A stretch of DNA of 64,000 bases from Pelomyxa schiedti (GCA_020536535.1 JAHLWZ010000605.1:1-64000); one strand, 5' to 3'. Positions 9,979-23,584 are shown, counted from the stretch's first letter. The notes: generated from the letters alone by a model not told the origin. Numbers and translations: made by a program.

Positions 9979-12086
9979 ATGACGGATGATGCTGCCTATG
10001 TGCTGTTTAGTTCCATGACCAACACAGTGTCGGTGTCGCCGCCGACAGTCGCGGCTGCGCCTACGACGATGGCCACTACGCGTGATGTCGTTTCGGCGCC
10101 GTTTCATCAGCACCGTTACGCACAGCAACAGCAACAGCAAAACCAAATGTGGATCGTTGTGCCGAGGAACGGCGCTGAAAATGCAGCCGTTCCCGATGCT
10201 GCGAACACTGTGGGATTCCAGCAGCACACTGCCTCTTCTGTCGCAGCTCAAAGCGACGCACAGGAACAAACACCATATGAGCAACAACATCCCGGACAAG
10301 AACCTCGCATTTTGCCAGTGCAGCAATTAATGCCAACTCAAACTACCCAAATACGACAGGCACCACCTCAGGTTGCACCTCCACCGTCATTTTCTCACAC
10401 AACCTCCACTTCCAAGCCCCCTTTGTCCCTTCAACAGCAGAAAGGGCAACGTTTTGGCTCGTGGTTTAACTCCGCAAAGCATAAGACAATGGCCATGTTT
10501 TACAATATTGCCCACAGTGGTGAGCCTGCTTATTTTATCATTTATAGATGGGACCTCTGATTTTATCTGACTGTTCTTACTCCTCTCAGTTCCTACACAA
10601 TATCCTTTCTTTGCAGAGGGCCCTATCTGGCTTTTTGGCCACTGCTACCACTCAGAGATGATCGTATCCAACTCGGACTTCTTTAGGCCAGAGGATTCTT
10701 ATTATCACCCTCACTTTCTGCGGGATTTCCGTTGCGTTCTCTGGTTTACTTACCGCAAGAATTTTTCGCCTATTGCCCAGTCGGATTTAACAACGGACAC
10801 TGGGTGGGGGTGCATGCTCCGTTCCGCTCAAATGATGCTCGCTAGAGTTTTTGTGTGCAAGCATTTCGGAGGAGGTACGTATGTTTCCACGTATAGCTGT
10901 GGGGTTAACAATTTCTTAGGAACAGAGCATAAAACTTTACCCGGGTCCCCCTACCCTCTTGTTGTGCCACTTGATATAGACTGTAATGTATGTAGGACTG
11001 CGCTTCTTAGACACTGACTGACTCACTTATTTTAGATAATAAAATTATTCCTTGACGTTCCACCAGCACCTTTCAGCATTCATAACATCATCGCAAAGCA
11101 CAGAAAAATCAAGCTGGATTCTGGGGAATCCATGAGTGAACCACTCAGCGAGTGGTTTGCACCAGCAACTGTAGCAAATATTTTCATGTAAGGTTCTACT
11201 CTGTGCCACTAAATGCTGAATATTACAAGGCAAATACTACACGAATACAACTCAAAGTATCATATTTGTGTAAGAATGTATGTACCACATGACATGGTAC
11301 TTCATCGACAAACTGCTTCCGGCTTGATGACAGCCCCATGTCCTCAGTTTGTTGACAGTTGCCCTGGAATTCCACAACCATCTACAGCAGCACGCCCAGA
11401 CTCCAATAAAGGGGCTCCTCCACACAGTTGCTCATTATTCATTCTGATTCCTATACGGCTTGGCCTTGAACAAATCTCCGATGTATGTCGCTTCATTGTT
11501 CCCCACTTACATTTAATATCCCTTGTAGTGTTACATCGAGGGCCTGAAACTATGTCTCAGACTACCTCAAAGTGTAGGGATTATTGGTGGCAGACCACGG
11601 CAGTCACTTTATTTCCTTGGATACCAGGGTAAGGAAATGTGCAGTGGAGGGCGTCGTCCAATTTAAGTTAATGAAGATGACCAATTAATATTTTTGGATC
11701 CCCATATTGTACAATCTTTTACCCCCGAGCCTTTCACTACCGAGGTTAGTGGAGCAGCAACTTTAAATCCAGCCCTTCCAATACTCATTATTCTAACAAG
11801 TATAAAGACATACCACTGCCCGTTTCCACAACTCATTGACATCAGAGACATTGACCCCACACTCGCACTTGGGTTCTACTGCCACACCCTGGAGGACATG
11901 AACAACCTCCTGGATATGCTCTACGAAATACAGAAAGCCACAGCAAACCCCATTGTCTGGGTGTGTATCTCAAAAACCAGCCACAAGGAAAATTCACAAA
12001 CCATCAAAACAAACCAGGTGCAGGACGACACCGTGCCCCAACCACCAACTCAAGCCTCTGACGAGGACGAATGGAGCATTTTTTGA
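9979..12086 (+). CDS. ATG4: Autophagy cysteine protease ATG4 (peptidase C54)
   Basis: 'LWFTYRKNF', 'TTDTGWGCMLRSAQMMLAR', 'LIPIRLGL', 'GIIGGRPRQSLYF', 'FLDPHIVQ', 'IDPTLALGFYC', and a C-terminal LIR-like 'DEDEWSIF'. Confidence 0.95.
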
Positions 12087-12204
12087 CCACCGATCACTTG
12101 ATTGTACATTTTTACTGTAAAACGACCAACGAAAGAAAGCAAAACTTCTTCACCCTTTTCTTGTTGTTGGTTGTCGAAAAAACCGACGGCGTACTGTAAA
12201 AACA

Positions 12205-14662
12205 ATGTCAAAGGAGGGGGTTCTCATCGACTTTGACACCAAGCCCACAGCCACAGCCAGTGCAGCACCACTGACAGCAGCAGAAACCACCACCGCACCG
12301 ACGCCAAAGCCACCGGCGTCCGCTGCTACCTCAGAGGGCCTACTTATAGACACCACCACATCACCAGGTGCAAATGCGACGGGCCACCGCGAGGCGGAGC
12401 CAACAACAACCCCCCCGCTGGCGCTAAGCGGGGCCCTCGGCGAGAGTGGGAGCGGGCTATGGGGGGTGCTGGACCCAGACGCCGAAGGAAGCAGCAGGGG
12501 CGAGAGCTCCCCGCTGCTTGGGGCCCACCCCGATTGGGTGGAGGCTGCCGTGGCCGCCACAGAAACGGCCACCACAGCGGCAACAACATCGACGACAGTT
12601 TCAACGACCACGGCCAGCAGCTCGGCGTCGTCGACTGCGGAGGCGCCGGCGACGACAGGGACCGACGGGGCCACGCCGCCGTCGTCGACGGCAACTGCTA
12701 CGACGTCGACTACGACCGTGAGCGCGAGTGGGGGAGGTGGTGAGCCCGTGGCGTTGGATAAAAGTTGCTTTGCTGTGACAAAGTCAACTCCGGCGTCACC
12801 GCCTTCTGCCTCAATTTCTCCATTTGGATTGCCTAGCTTCACACTTAAACCTGCTGGTTTGCTCTATTTTCCCGGCGTTTTTTTTTTTTTTTTCCCCCAC
12901 ACAACATAGACTTCTTTGCAAAATACCTTTTGGATAAGCCTGAGTACTTTCCTTCTTCATAATCATACTCCTGACGGGGAAAAAGTTATTATGCCATTGT
13001 GGATATCCTTCAGTTGGAGTCCAAGTTTTTTGCTGATATATCCAGATTTGACGTGGGAATAAGCTTGCTTGTACTTTCATGTGAGAGTGATATCTATCTC
13101 TTAAACAAACTAACTTGGTGCCAAGTGTGTTACCAAAAGTACCAGCCTCAAATAGGCTCTCCAATTGAAGACGTTGTATGCCAATTGCCCCTTTCTTTCC
13201 CCATCTCAGACATGATAGAGCTTCCTTAAAGATGCTCTCATGGGTATGAAATATGCAAATGGTACATATGGGTGGCAGCTCCTCACTGGAATAATGGGTG
13301 ATAACAAAGTTTCTGGAATTCTCTCTGCTATTCCTAAGTGAGATAGAAACCACATTATGTAAATCTAACGCCTTGAAGAGAAGGTGATGCCCTCAGTTTG
13401 AAAGCCCTCAGCGAACACACAGGGATTCCTCCAGAGGTCTTGCAACCTTGTTTACAAATGCCCTTTAACCCTCACAGGCTGTTCTTCACACACAATGGAC
13501 CAGCACGCTTTTCAATCCTGGCCACTATTTGGCCGTAGATGTCGCGAGGAGGACAATTGTGGTTGCATTTAGGGGCACGTTCCACGTAAAGGATGCTATA
13601 ACCGATCTTAATGCCACCCCAATGGAATTCACGGTAAATACTCAATCTTGCTGACAGCCCCTCAAATCACGCAGTTTGACGAAGTCGTTGATGGCGTAAA
13701 GCAAAGTTCAGTGACTGGTACAGTCCATAGGGGCATGTTGATGTGTGCCCAACAAAAGTTTCCAATTCTCGAACCATTTATCCTTGACGCTCATGCCGTG
13801 TGTTAGCATTGATCCCATTTTTTCTTCTCAGTTACTTTAGAAATATCCCGACTTCAGAATTCTTGTGGTTGGCCACAGCCTCGGAGCTGGAGTGGCACAG
13901 TTTTTCACTCTTTTGCTTCTAAAAGGTGTACAGTCCCTTTTTGCTACCTCACCTAATGTTGGCGTACCAGTTTATCCTCAGTTGCCAGTTCTATGCTATG
14001 CTTATGGTCCCGCAGCTGTATTCAGTCGAGAACTCGCTGAATCTCCGCAATTACAAGCTCGCATTTGTTGCTTTTGCCATAAGGACGATATAATTCCGCG
14101 GCTAAGTCTGGGTGGGTATTGCAGCAATTGCTAGAACTACTACAATATTAATTAATTGTAGGATCCCTCGAAGCTCTCAAAACTACATTGCGGGAGTTGA
14201 TAACGAAAGGTGGTTCCACCACACACTTACTTACCATGCTCACTTCACAGGCTTTACCTTTTGCCAGCATGAGGTGACTGCTCCCCTTCATTATTTCCAA
14301 ATCAACACTGAAAGCAACACAGAGCCAAACTGCCACAAATCACCTATCACAAGGGCACTGAAGAATTTGGCAAAGACACCATGGTTCCAGCCGGAAAAGT
14401 TTACCTCATGCTCGACAGAGAGAGGAACGGGAAGCCCTCAGTCCGCAAAGCCGGGGGTCTCACCTATACAATGTGGAAGATTACACAAAGTGAGATGAGC
14501 CTACTGGTCATCTCACAGTCCATGTTCATGAACCACATGCCAGACAAGTACGAGAGTGTAATGGCTGCCTGCCTTGCTGCTTGTGCACCACCCCCTCCCA
14601 CTTTGTCACATACCTCTGCTGCAAAACCCCCCACGGATAGCAGTCATGCTTCTGGTCACTAA
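12205..14662 (+). CDS. Class 3 lipase, diacylglycerol-lipase-like, with T/A/S-rich N-terminus
   Basis: 'IVVAFRGTFHVKDAITDL', 'VHRGML', nucleophile elbow 'VGHSLGAGVA', 'CYAYGPAAV', 'DDIIPRLS' and 'NHMPDKY'. Confidence 0.88.
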
Positions 14663-14868
14663 CCCCGATTGAGAATGCTTTTTGCATGTATTACCTCAAG
14701 TCTGCACTCATCCTACCACAACTGGAGTACTACCACCTCTATCTATCATTGTTAGCAGTTTTATTATGCTTTTGTATGATCACGAAGGGAAAAAAAAAAG
14801 TCTTGTGTGGGACAAAAACTTTTCTCTAATTGAAAAAAAACACATGTTATGGGTGTGATATGGGATCC

Positions 14869-15562
14869 TCAGAGAGGGCAGGCATATTTGCTCTTCATCC
14901 ACCTTTAATGAAGATTAGGGGAGTTTAGAAAAGGGTACATTAACACACAGTTCGTATGCGCAGCTAATCTCTGTAGCAGCATAAATGTAAGCTGGGTCAG
15001 CACTTAGGCTGCAGTCAATGTGTATTGTAGTCTGGCGAGCAACACTTGAACACTGGGTTCCATTTCCGTACCACACCGTCACTCCCTCGTATGGTGAGTG
15101 TTCTTTGGGTTGGTAAGGATTATGCAGAGGGGAAAAATGCCAGACGAACCTCCATCACTGAACTTCTGATTATCAAGGGCACCACAGCCATAGAGGGCCT
15201 TGTTTGTTCCCTGCTGACAGACAGCCTGTGAATTTTTGCATGCAGCAGTAGTTGGACCGCAGATATTCACAAAGAAAGTGTTGTACACAGAATCGGTGAA
15301 GATATAGTCCTCCTCTCTGTTGGTGTTTGGGTAAGTAAGTGGGGGGATAAAGGAAAAAAAAAATTAGTTAATACCCAGAGGCGTGTGTGATAGGTGACAG
15401 ATCGAACTTGAGTTCTTCTCCATCAGAGCCCTTGGTTGTGTATGTGCAGTCCTAAAAGACGAGAAGATAAGTTGTCCGCCACCCAAACGCCACGGATGAG
15501 GAGAGTCTCACCATCGCACAGGCCACAGCAGCCAACAGCGCAAGTCCAACGATAACCTTCAT
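14869..15562 (-). CDS. Secreted/luminal stand-alone mannose-6-phosphate receptor homology (MRH/ATG27-like) domain protein
   Basis: Signal peptide 'MKVIVGLALLAAVACA', then 'KFDLSPI', 'FFVNICG', 'AVCQ', 'VTVWYGNGTQC', 'RQTTIHIDC' and 'TEISCAYELWMKSKYACPL*'. There is no TM segment. Confidence 0.78.
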
Positions 15563-15940
15563 CGTCCAAGTTATTTTGGTAGTTACTTGGTTCTTTGTGT
15601 TTTTCCTTTTTGTGATCGGTTGATCGGGGATCGATCTTAAAAATACCGGAGATTTGGGGAAAAAGCACCCCAAGATTTATCACCGAGGTGCTCGGAGCAT
15701 AAGACACCAGCAGAAGTCCTCTGCTTGAACCCTCACGCTGAGAAGTGTGATGAATAGTATTTCTCCTACCATACACCCACTGTTAAAAAGGGACTAAGAC
15801 TCTTACCCCTCTGAGCACGTAAAAGGACACGAAGACGCAATCAAGGGAAATCAATTGGCCGGCTCATTTAAATGCCGCACCAACACGAACGGGAAATTTA
15901 AAAAAACTCAGAACAACAAAACAAGCGTGTTAACTAGTCG

Positions 15941-17970
15941 ATGTTGGGGCATTGTGCGAGTTTATCTAGCCCTCTTTTTGGGGCCCTCTCTTCTGCCAGA
16001 GTGCTCTCCAGAACTCCGTTTGTTCGCAAATACACCCCCTGGAGTGTAGAGAAAGAGCGTGAGTGCCATTGACCCCTTTTTTTTTTCTCCCTGCAACTCA
16101 CCTCGTTGTTCAGCACATGTTCTACCCAAAGTCTCCGATATCATCAAAGAAGATGAAATACACAAAATATTACGAGACACAAAACCCCTGGCATCTGACA
16201 AGGGAAGAATACGAAGCATATTGGATAAGGCCAAAGATAGGGCCACTTTAAAGCTTGTGAAGACTGAATGTAAATCAGAATATGTTCAAGTGTGTCTCCA
16301 CTTTTCCATGACTTGTATATCCTCATTGTAACAATAGGGGCTGGACCTTGATGAAGTTGCCACCCTTCTCAACATCGACCCAGAAAAAAACCCAGATTTA
16401 ATGCAAGAGCTCTACAATACGGCATTGCAGATTAAGCGTCAGGTCTATGGGAACCGAATTGTGCTCTTTGCACCTTTGTATTTGAGCAACTATTGTATAA
16501 ATTCTTGTACGTACTGCGCGTTCCGAGGCCCAAACATTGATTTGCATCGTGCCAAACTCTCACGTGAGGAGATCATTGCAGAGGCTCAGGCAATACAGGT
16601 TTGGATATAACTCTTACCAAAACAGCTCACAAGAAAAACCTAGAGGGTTGGCCACAAACGAGTACTTGTTCTATGTGGGGAAAGCCCAAAATACACTTTT
16701 GACGATTTCCTGGATTCCCTGAATCTTGTGAAATCTGTTCGAACTCCACCTCATGGCGAATTCCGCCGGATAAATGTTGAAATTCCTTCTCTTTCTGTGT
16801 CCGATTTCCGCCGACTGAAGGCAACTAACTGTGTTGGAACATATACACTCTTCCAAGTTGATCATCTCTAAAAACGTTTCATTCCTCTAAGATTGTATTA
16901 GGAGACATATCACAGGCCCTCTTATCACAAGTTCCATCCATACGGCCCAAAGGCGGATTATGACAACAGAGTTCTGACTTTCGATCGAGCTCAGATTGCG
17001 AAGGTTGATGATGTGGGGATAGGAGCTTTATTTGGGCTGTATGACCACAGATTTGAAGTATTTTTCCAACATTTTAGTCTTAAATTCAACTCGTACAGGT
17101 TCTTGCTATGTTCCAACAAGCGGCACACCTTGAAAAAACTTACGGTGCAGGCCCACACACCATCTCTATCCCTAGGATGCAGCCCGCCCTCAATGCTCCC
17201 ACTTCTGCAGCACCTCCTTACCCTGTCGATGATGCCCATTTCAAACAGCTAGTGGCAACAATTAGATGTGCCGTTCCATATACAGGTAATCTTCAAGTTT
17301 AGTGTGTTTTACTGAGCAAAATAGGTATGATATTATCTACAAGGGAGTCTCCCTCAATGAGAAAGCAACTCCTCCAAATGGGTGTGAGCCAAATGAGTGC
17401 TGGGTCTCGTACCGAAGTTGGGTCTTACCACAAGGGTAAGTCATAGGTTTTTTTTTCTGTCGACGCCTGTTCTCACCAAAACTTAGGTGACGATGTCTCC
17501 GGAGATGAAAATCTTGTTAATAGGGCAACACAGCAGAACAAACAAAAAGAGAAACGAGAGAAGGACTCTGATGGGCAATTCACTCTTATGGATGAAAGAC
17601 CAGCTCGTGAAGTCATTGCCGATTTGCTTCAAGATGGGTATGCCGACCTTTCTCCCACACTGTTATTCCTGACCTTTCCGTTCCTAGTTACATCCCCTCG
17701 TGGTGCACAGCTTGCTATCGCATGGGGAGAACCGGCGAGGCTTTCATGGCAATTGCAAAGAGAGGCGACATTTCCAACTTCTGCCATCCCAATTCACTGC
17801 TCACGTTGCGTGAATACCTTGAAGACTATGCCTCTCCTGAAGTGAAGAAAATTGGAGAAAAAGTTATCGAGCGCGAGCTTGCCAACATCCCAGACGCAGA
17901 AAGGAGGGAGTCCACAGAAAATAAGCTCACTCAGATTGAAACCACACCCACACGCGACCTATACTTCTAA
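15941..17970 (+). CDS. hydG: [FeFe]-hydrogenase maturase HydG (radical SAM) with N-terminal organellar presequence
   Basis: 'YGNRIVLFAPLYLSNYCINSCTYCAF' (CX3CX2C), 'GIGALFGL', 'GPHTISIPRM', C-terminal 'PSWCTACYR...NFCHPNS...EYLEDYA' and 'RDLYF*'. Confidence 0.96.
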
Positions 17971-18215
17971 AACAATTGTCATTTCGTTTCATCCTTTTCC
18001 TTTCTACAAACGCCAAAGGGAGCTCCTACAAAAAGAAAAAAAAAATGGGCGGAGTTGCAACCAAGTGACGCTTCCTTTTTTTTTTTCTTTCCTTTCTTTT
18101 CATTGCACTTCGGTGCAGGCGATCATTTTGATTTCTCTTTTTTTCGCGGTTTCGAGCGAGGGTTAGCAACGCGCGAGGGAGAGATCGGGTGGTGTGAGGT
18201 CAACAATTTTCGAAA

Positions 18216-19865
18216 ATGAAGGTGTCACCATTGTTGTCTTTTGGTGGTGCACAAGAACTTGCGTTTTTTTTTTTTTTTCTGCGTGAATGCTGTGCAAAAC
18301 AAGTGTTCAAACGCAATTTTACTCACCTGGAGTATGCTTTTCCCTCCAGTTGAACATTGCCTGCCCCTCTACGGGGAAGCAGAGTACCTTTGATATTGAA
18401 GACGAAAAAAAACTGTACATTCTACTTCCTCAAAAAAAGCAAAGTTTCATGACCCAACACAATCCCAAAAAAAAGTATCATTCGTCGTATTAATTAACAC
18501 GCGCTTCGCAGTGCTGTATTCTGGGACAAGAGAATTGCCCAAGAAGTTGATCTTACCACAGTCGCTCCAAATTTCAAGGGGTACATTGTAAAGATAACTG
18601 GTGGATATGACAAGCAAGGTTTCCCAATGAAGCAAGGAATCTTGTTGAACTCTCGTGTTAGGGTTCTTCTTGATGGATGTATGCTTCTTCTTTTTTTCCT
18701 CTCTTGTAAACGTCCTCCTAATAGCATCCGGCTGTTTCCATCCCGCCTTCAAATCCGAGCGCAAACGCAGAACAGTAAGGGGTTGTGTTTGTGGCCCTGA
18801 TCTTTCAATGGTCAATTGCATTGTTGTGAAAAAGGGTGTTGAGGAACTTGATGGCCTCACAAACCAAACTGTTCCTCGCAGACTTGGTCCTAAACGCGCT
18901 TCCAAGATCAGAAAACTTTTTGTGAGCCTCACCATGAAATGCGATTATATTCCCCTTACACAAAAGTAGGGTTTAAGCAAGAGTGATGATGTGAGAAAGT
19001 ATGTTATCAAAAGAACTGTCGTACCAAAGAAAGAGGGCAAGAAAACCCACGTCAAGGCAAGCCAAATTATCTTCTAATTTATTGTAACTTGCAACAGTCC
19101 CCCAAAATTCAACGCCTTGTTACTCCAAAAGTTATACATATGTGGAGGGCAAAGAAATGGGAGTCCGTAGAGAGAAAGCAGAAGTCTCAACTTGCTGCTG
19201 TCAAGTATCAGGAGCTCCTTACTAAGCTCAGGGAGGAGAAAACCGCCGCCAAGAGGAAGGCTGCACTCAAGAAAAAAGTCACTGGACAGAAGTCCAAGGC
19301 CAAAAAGGCTCCAGCCAAGAAGGCTCCCGCCGCCAAGAGGGCCAAAACAGTGAAGACAGCCGCCAAGGCCAAGAAGCCCGCTGAGAAGGCAGCAAAGAAA
19401 CCAGTTGCTGCGAAGAAACCCGCCACCAAGAAGCCAACAGAAAAGAAACCAGTGACAGGCAAGAAACCAACAGAGAAGAAACCCGCAGCCAAGAAACCAG
19501 CCGAGAAGCCCGCCACTAAGAAACCAGCCGAGAAGAAACCAGCAACCAAGAAACCAGCCGAGAAGAAGCCAGCTGAGAAAAAACCAGCAGCTAAGAAGCC
19601 CGTTGAGAAGAAGCCAGCAACGAAGCCAGCAGAGAAGGCAGCCAAGAAGCCCGTGACTGAGAAAAAACCCGCAGCCAAGAAGCCAGCCGAGAAGCCCGCC
19701 ACCAAGAAACCAGCTGAGAAGAAAACAGCCGAGAAGAAACCAGCCACCTCCAAGCCCAAACCCGCTGAAAAGAAGCCTGCTGAGAAAAAACCGGCTGAGA
19801 AAAAGCCAGCAACACCCAAACCCAAACCAGCTGAGAAGAAACCAGCTGCAGCCAAGAAGTCCTAA
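18216..19865 (+). CDS. RPS6: 40S ribosomal protein S6 with long Lys/Ala/Pro-rich C-terminal extension
   Basis: 'MK|[11 protein letters not shown]', '[15 protein letters not shown]', '[10 protein letters not shown]', '[16 protein letters not shown]' and 'PKIQRLVTP', followed by about 200 aa of KKPAEK-type repeats. Confidence 0.97.
19290..19860 (+). repeat. Coding tandem repeat, (K)KPA(E/A/T)K pentapeptide units
   Basis: Many units such as 'aagaaaccagccgag' and 'aagaagccagctgag'. Confidence 0.9.
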
Positions 19866-19977
19866 GCCAGAACCCAGCCTTTTTTCCTAACAAAACCCCT
19901 GACAAGACTCCCTCACTGCCCCTGGTTCTTCCCTTGTTTGTTCATTATGATGAAAAAAATTGATAAATTTGCTTATC

Positions 19978-22900
19978 TTATGGCTTTTGTAGCCCTATTT
20001 TTTGGAGTTGTTGCTTTAGACTTTGGAGTTGCTGGAGAAGTTGATACCGCGATTGCCTGCCAGCCTCTATTTGGCCTACAAGTTGTGGTGACTGAGACCC
20101 ACGAGGGCTTTGTTGGAGTTGCTGCTCCGCTATTCTTTGCTGTTCAAGTTGCGCTATTAGCTCCCGTATGCGGCCTTGAATGGAGTGCAATTCAGAGACA
20201 GGCACAACTGTGCTTGGTGGTGTGGGTGTCTGGGGTGGGGATGTGAGTTTGGGAGTGGCAACTGGTAAAAACTGTGAAAGGGAGGTGCAGGTGGTGACTG
20301 GATCTAATGGGTGCGAGAGAGGCTGGAAATCAAGGAAAGCTGGCCGGCGGGGTTGCGGCCGGGCTGTGGAGCCACAAGTAAAGCTAGAAAGAACGGAGGA
20401 GGGTTGTTGGGGGGATGCTGCAGAGAGTAAATTTGAATTTGTAGGTGGCATACCCAAAAGTGAAAGTGTGGATGTAGTGTGTATTGTCTCAGGTAGGGAG
20501 GAACTTGGTGGTATTGTCATAGTTTGTGCAGAATACGTGGTGCACGCAGAAGATAACTGACTTGCGGAGAGATTGGCGAATGGAGGTAATACTGGTTGCC
20601 GAAATGTGGGGTTCTTAGCTAACCTCAGTCTTGTGCGAGCAAGCCATTTCATGGCACAGCGGTGTACAACAGCATAAATTCTCTTGGTGTGTTCACTTTC
20701 TCTGTCAACCACTTCTTGAACTTTGACTTTCTCAATATCCAAGGCTGCCTGTTTCCAAACGTCTTTAGCACCTCAAGTATAGTAACCTTTTATTACATGC
20801 AACCACTGCCGAGCAATATCTTGAAGAAGATGATAATGAAAATATTGGAAAGCATCCTTCTCCCTTCTTTTCTTGTGCATTTTCAGTGAAACGACATTCC
20901 CCCAGGCCTTATTCATATCAGGAGATTAGAACAATTGGTTGTAAACTAGACCTCCAAAATGGAACCTTTCAGACGGAGAGACCACTGGACAAATGACAGA
21001 TGCATTTGACTTCTCTTCTCTTTCTCGTAGATTGTTGTTGAATTCCAGGAATCGAAAGTTTTCTTGGCAAGAAACCATGCATTTAAGTTATCAGCTCTCA
21101 GCTTTTTCTCCTTTGAAGTAGTTGGCTTTGATTTCTTTTCAAAGGTAACTTCACCTCTTTTTGTTTGTATTGGGCAGCAACAACACTAAAACAGATCAGT
21201 GAATTTCTCTTGAGTGTCATGGCATGGAAATCTTCAGCCTGCGACATTTTCATCTTTTCTGTCATCTTGGAGTTGTGCCACTTTATCCAGGCAAGTAGTA
21301 ATCGCTGTTTTTTCCCTGTGGAAGTTAGATACCATTTTCTTACATTATTGCACTCACTTTTTTTCAACGTTTCAACAACTGCATGTAGTAGCAAAATTCT
21401 TAGCTTATGTTTGTGAGAAATCGCATCTCTACATTCAACCCACCGTTCCCAGTACTGATTTGTGGTAAACGTAGAGAGCAACAAGTAAGAATGTACCTTT
21501 TTCAACAACTGTTGTTGGTGGAAATTGTGGGCACGCAGAGACTTTTTATGCCTTCCCACAGCTAAAGAGGCACACTGACTCCAGTGTGTTACAAAGTTAC
21601 TTAATACAGTTAATGGGCGTGATACACAAGAAACTGTTGCAAACCGTTTTATTGTTTCTATCCAAAATACTGCTGCTTTTATCTTTAAATCTCGTCTCTT
21701 CTCAAACAGTTCCACATGATCCTATTGCCAACTAAATGTACAAAGGCAAATTGAGGACACTCACTCTCCAATATTTCAGGCACTTTACAAGAACTCTTTG
21801 TCTGTGGAATAGAATGGCTTTTTCTGCTTGCTCGTGCTTGTGAATTTTTTCTTGGTAATATACAATCCAATTTGACAATAATGTACACTGAAATTATTAG
21901 CCGAATAATTGCTGCATAATATTACCTTCAGTTTATTTTGGTAGTGATTTACAGCAAGGTACTGCGGGGAGTTAGCCACGTTTTATTATAAGGCTCTACC
22001 CTATTGCTATTAGAAACGGCCTCACTGTGAGCTGTGGCTCGCCATACTTGGAGGTACACACCAAGAAGGGTTTGATCATAGTGCTGACTTGCCTTAAAGT
22101 GATGTAAGCAGACCACATTTTCACACAAAAAAAAACTTGGAATTGAGCTATTCGCAGCTGGTAAGTCCGCTGCCAAACAGAAACCCACTGCTGAAACATG
22201 TAGTGGAGAATGTGTTTGTGGTGTATTTCTGAAACTTGATTGAAAATGTAACGAATCAAAACAGAACGTTCTGAGTAGGCACTCCATGATCGCATGAAGG
22301 AAGATAAGACTTTGTCACGTGCTCTTATTTGGGCAACAATAATCCTCCCCTTGCTATTGTTACAGGATTTTGAAATAGAGGTACCTTTTGTATTTTATTT
22401 GATTCAGTGAAAGTTGACCAAGCATAAAAACACATTTTGAGTTGCTGCAAGTTGTGTTTCCTGACTGCTTTTCCAATTTTGGAAAGCTCACCATCAGGAA
22501 GAGTTTCTGCTGTACATTTTACCCATGCATTCCAATAAGCCTGTAAATTCTTGTATAATAACGTTACTTATCTCATACAGAAATGAACTTAGACAACATG
22601 TTTCTTCTGCCTTCCAATAAACCATGCTACTTGTTCTTCTGTATCACTCGAAACTTGCACCATCCATCTCAGTGCAAAAAACGCTTTAGCCTAGCTATGT
22701 AAGAGAGAGGAAAAAGAATACAACAACCATAAGGCTTTGTTCATAATGATTTTCTGCAATCAAGGACTGGGAATGTTGAGCCGTTTTTTGAATTGTATCT
22801 AACAATGTAAAGTTTAAGTGCCTTTATCCAAGGAGAGTACAATTTTTCCATTCCAGAAAAGTAGAGTTCAATAAATGTACTTTGTGCAAGAGGTGTGCTT

Positions 22901-23584
22901 TGCTCACTTGACTCAAGGTTTCTTTGGATTTGGACGTATATCTCATCCAAAGAACAAAATGTCCGCGCAATAACACTCTGCTTCTTTGCATAGCTTCTAT
23001 CTATACAACTTAAGAAAGTGAGGTGGGCAGTGGGCTTACCTTGGACTCGGCATTAATGACAAGGCTCCACCCGCGCAAGGCAGATTGTACTGTGTGGAGA
23101 TACCAAAACTGGAGAGCCATTTCCGAAAGTTGATTTGAATTCTGCTTGCTTTCGGTATACTGCCTCCAAACAGAAAAACACGTTCTCTGTATGCGAAAGG
23201 CAGCTGAAGTATGTAAGCAACAGTAACAGTAAGAACGGTAGACCAAAGCACATTCCCAGCATGTCATCCTGAGACGCCTTCTTTTTCTCTCGACACACTT
23301 TTAAAAATGCCTGCCAGCAAGAGCGAAGCAACACCATTCTTGTGTGTTGTCGGTCCGAAGTAGCCCTTGGGGAAAAAAAAAAATTACCGGTAATGCGAGA
23401 CTGCCAGTCGCGAGGCTCCAGGCTCCGCTCCCATTTGGCTGGGATCTCGGCACACAGGAGGACCACACAACAGCGCGGCGGATCCAACAACCACCGGGCG
23501 CAGATCTCGCGCAACTTGAGCCTCCCCCACCGGCGATGTGGTTGCAGCGACTTGTCGGTTACGAATGCCCCGTGACGCATTCAT
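19978..23584 (-). CDS. SFI1-like centrin-binding repeat protein (multi-exon)
   Basis: Basic helical repeats with periodic Trp: 'RSCWQAF', 'RTCFSVWRQY', 'SALRGWSL', 'MFQQWVSVWQR', 'LLLAWIKWH'. The tail is Pro/Ser-rich and then coiled-coil. Confidence 0.65.

Noticed and set aside
12150-12842. Long antisense and alternative-frame ORFs in GC-rich regions (also 31753-32466, 45808-46287, 62837-63462)
   Set aside because: These are shadows of GC-rich low-complexity exons, which have few stop codons.
18222-18348. Relatively long first intron of RPS6 as a snoRNA host
   Set aside because: I saw no convincing C/D or H/ACA boxes.
19208-19855. 215-aa antisense ORF of 'AGFFSAG' repeats that looks hydrophobic
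   Set aside because: It is the reverse-strand shadow of the RPS6 KKPA repeats.
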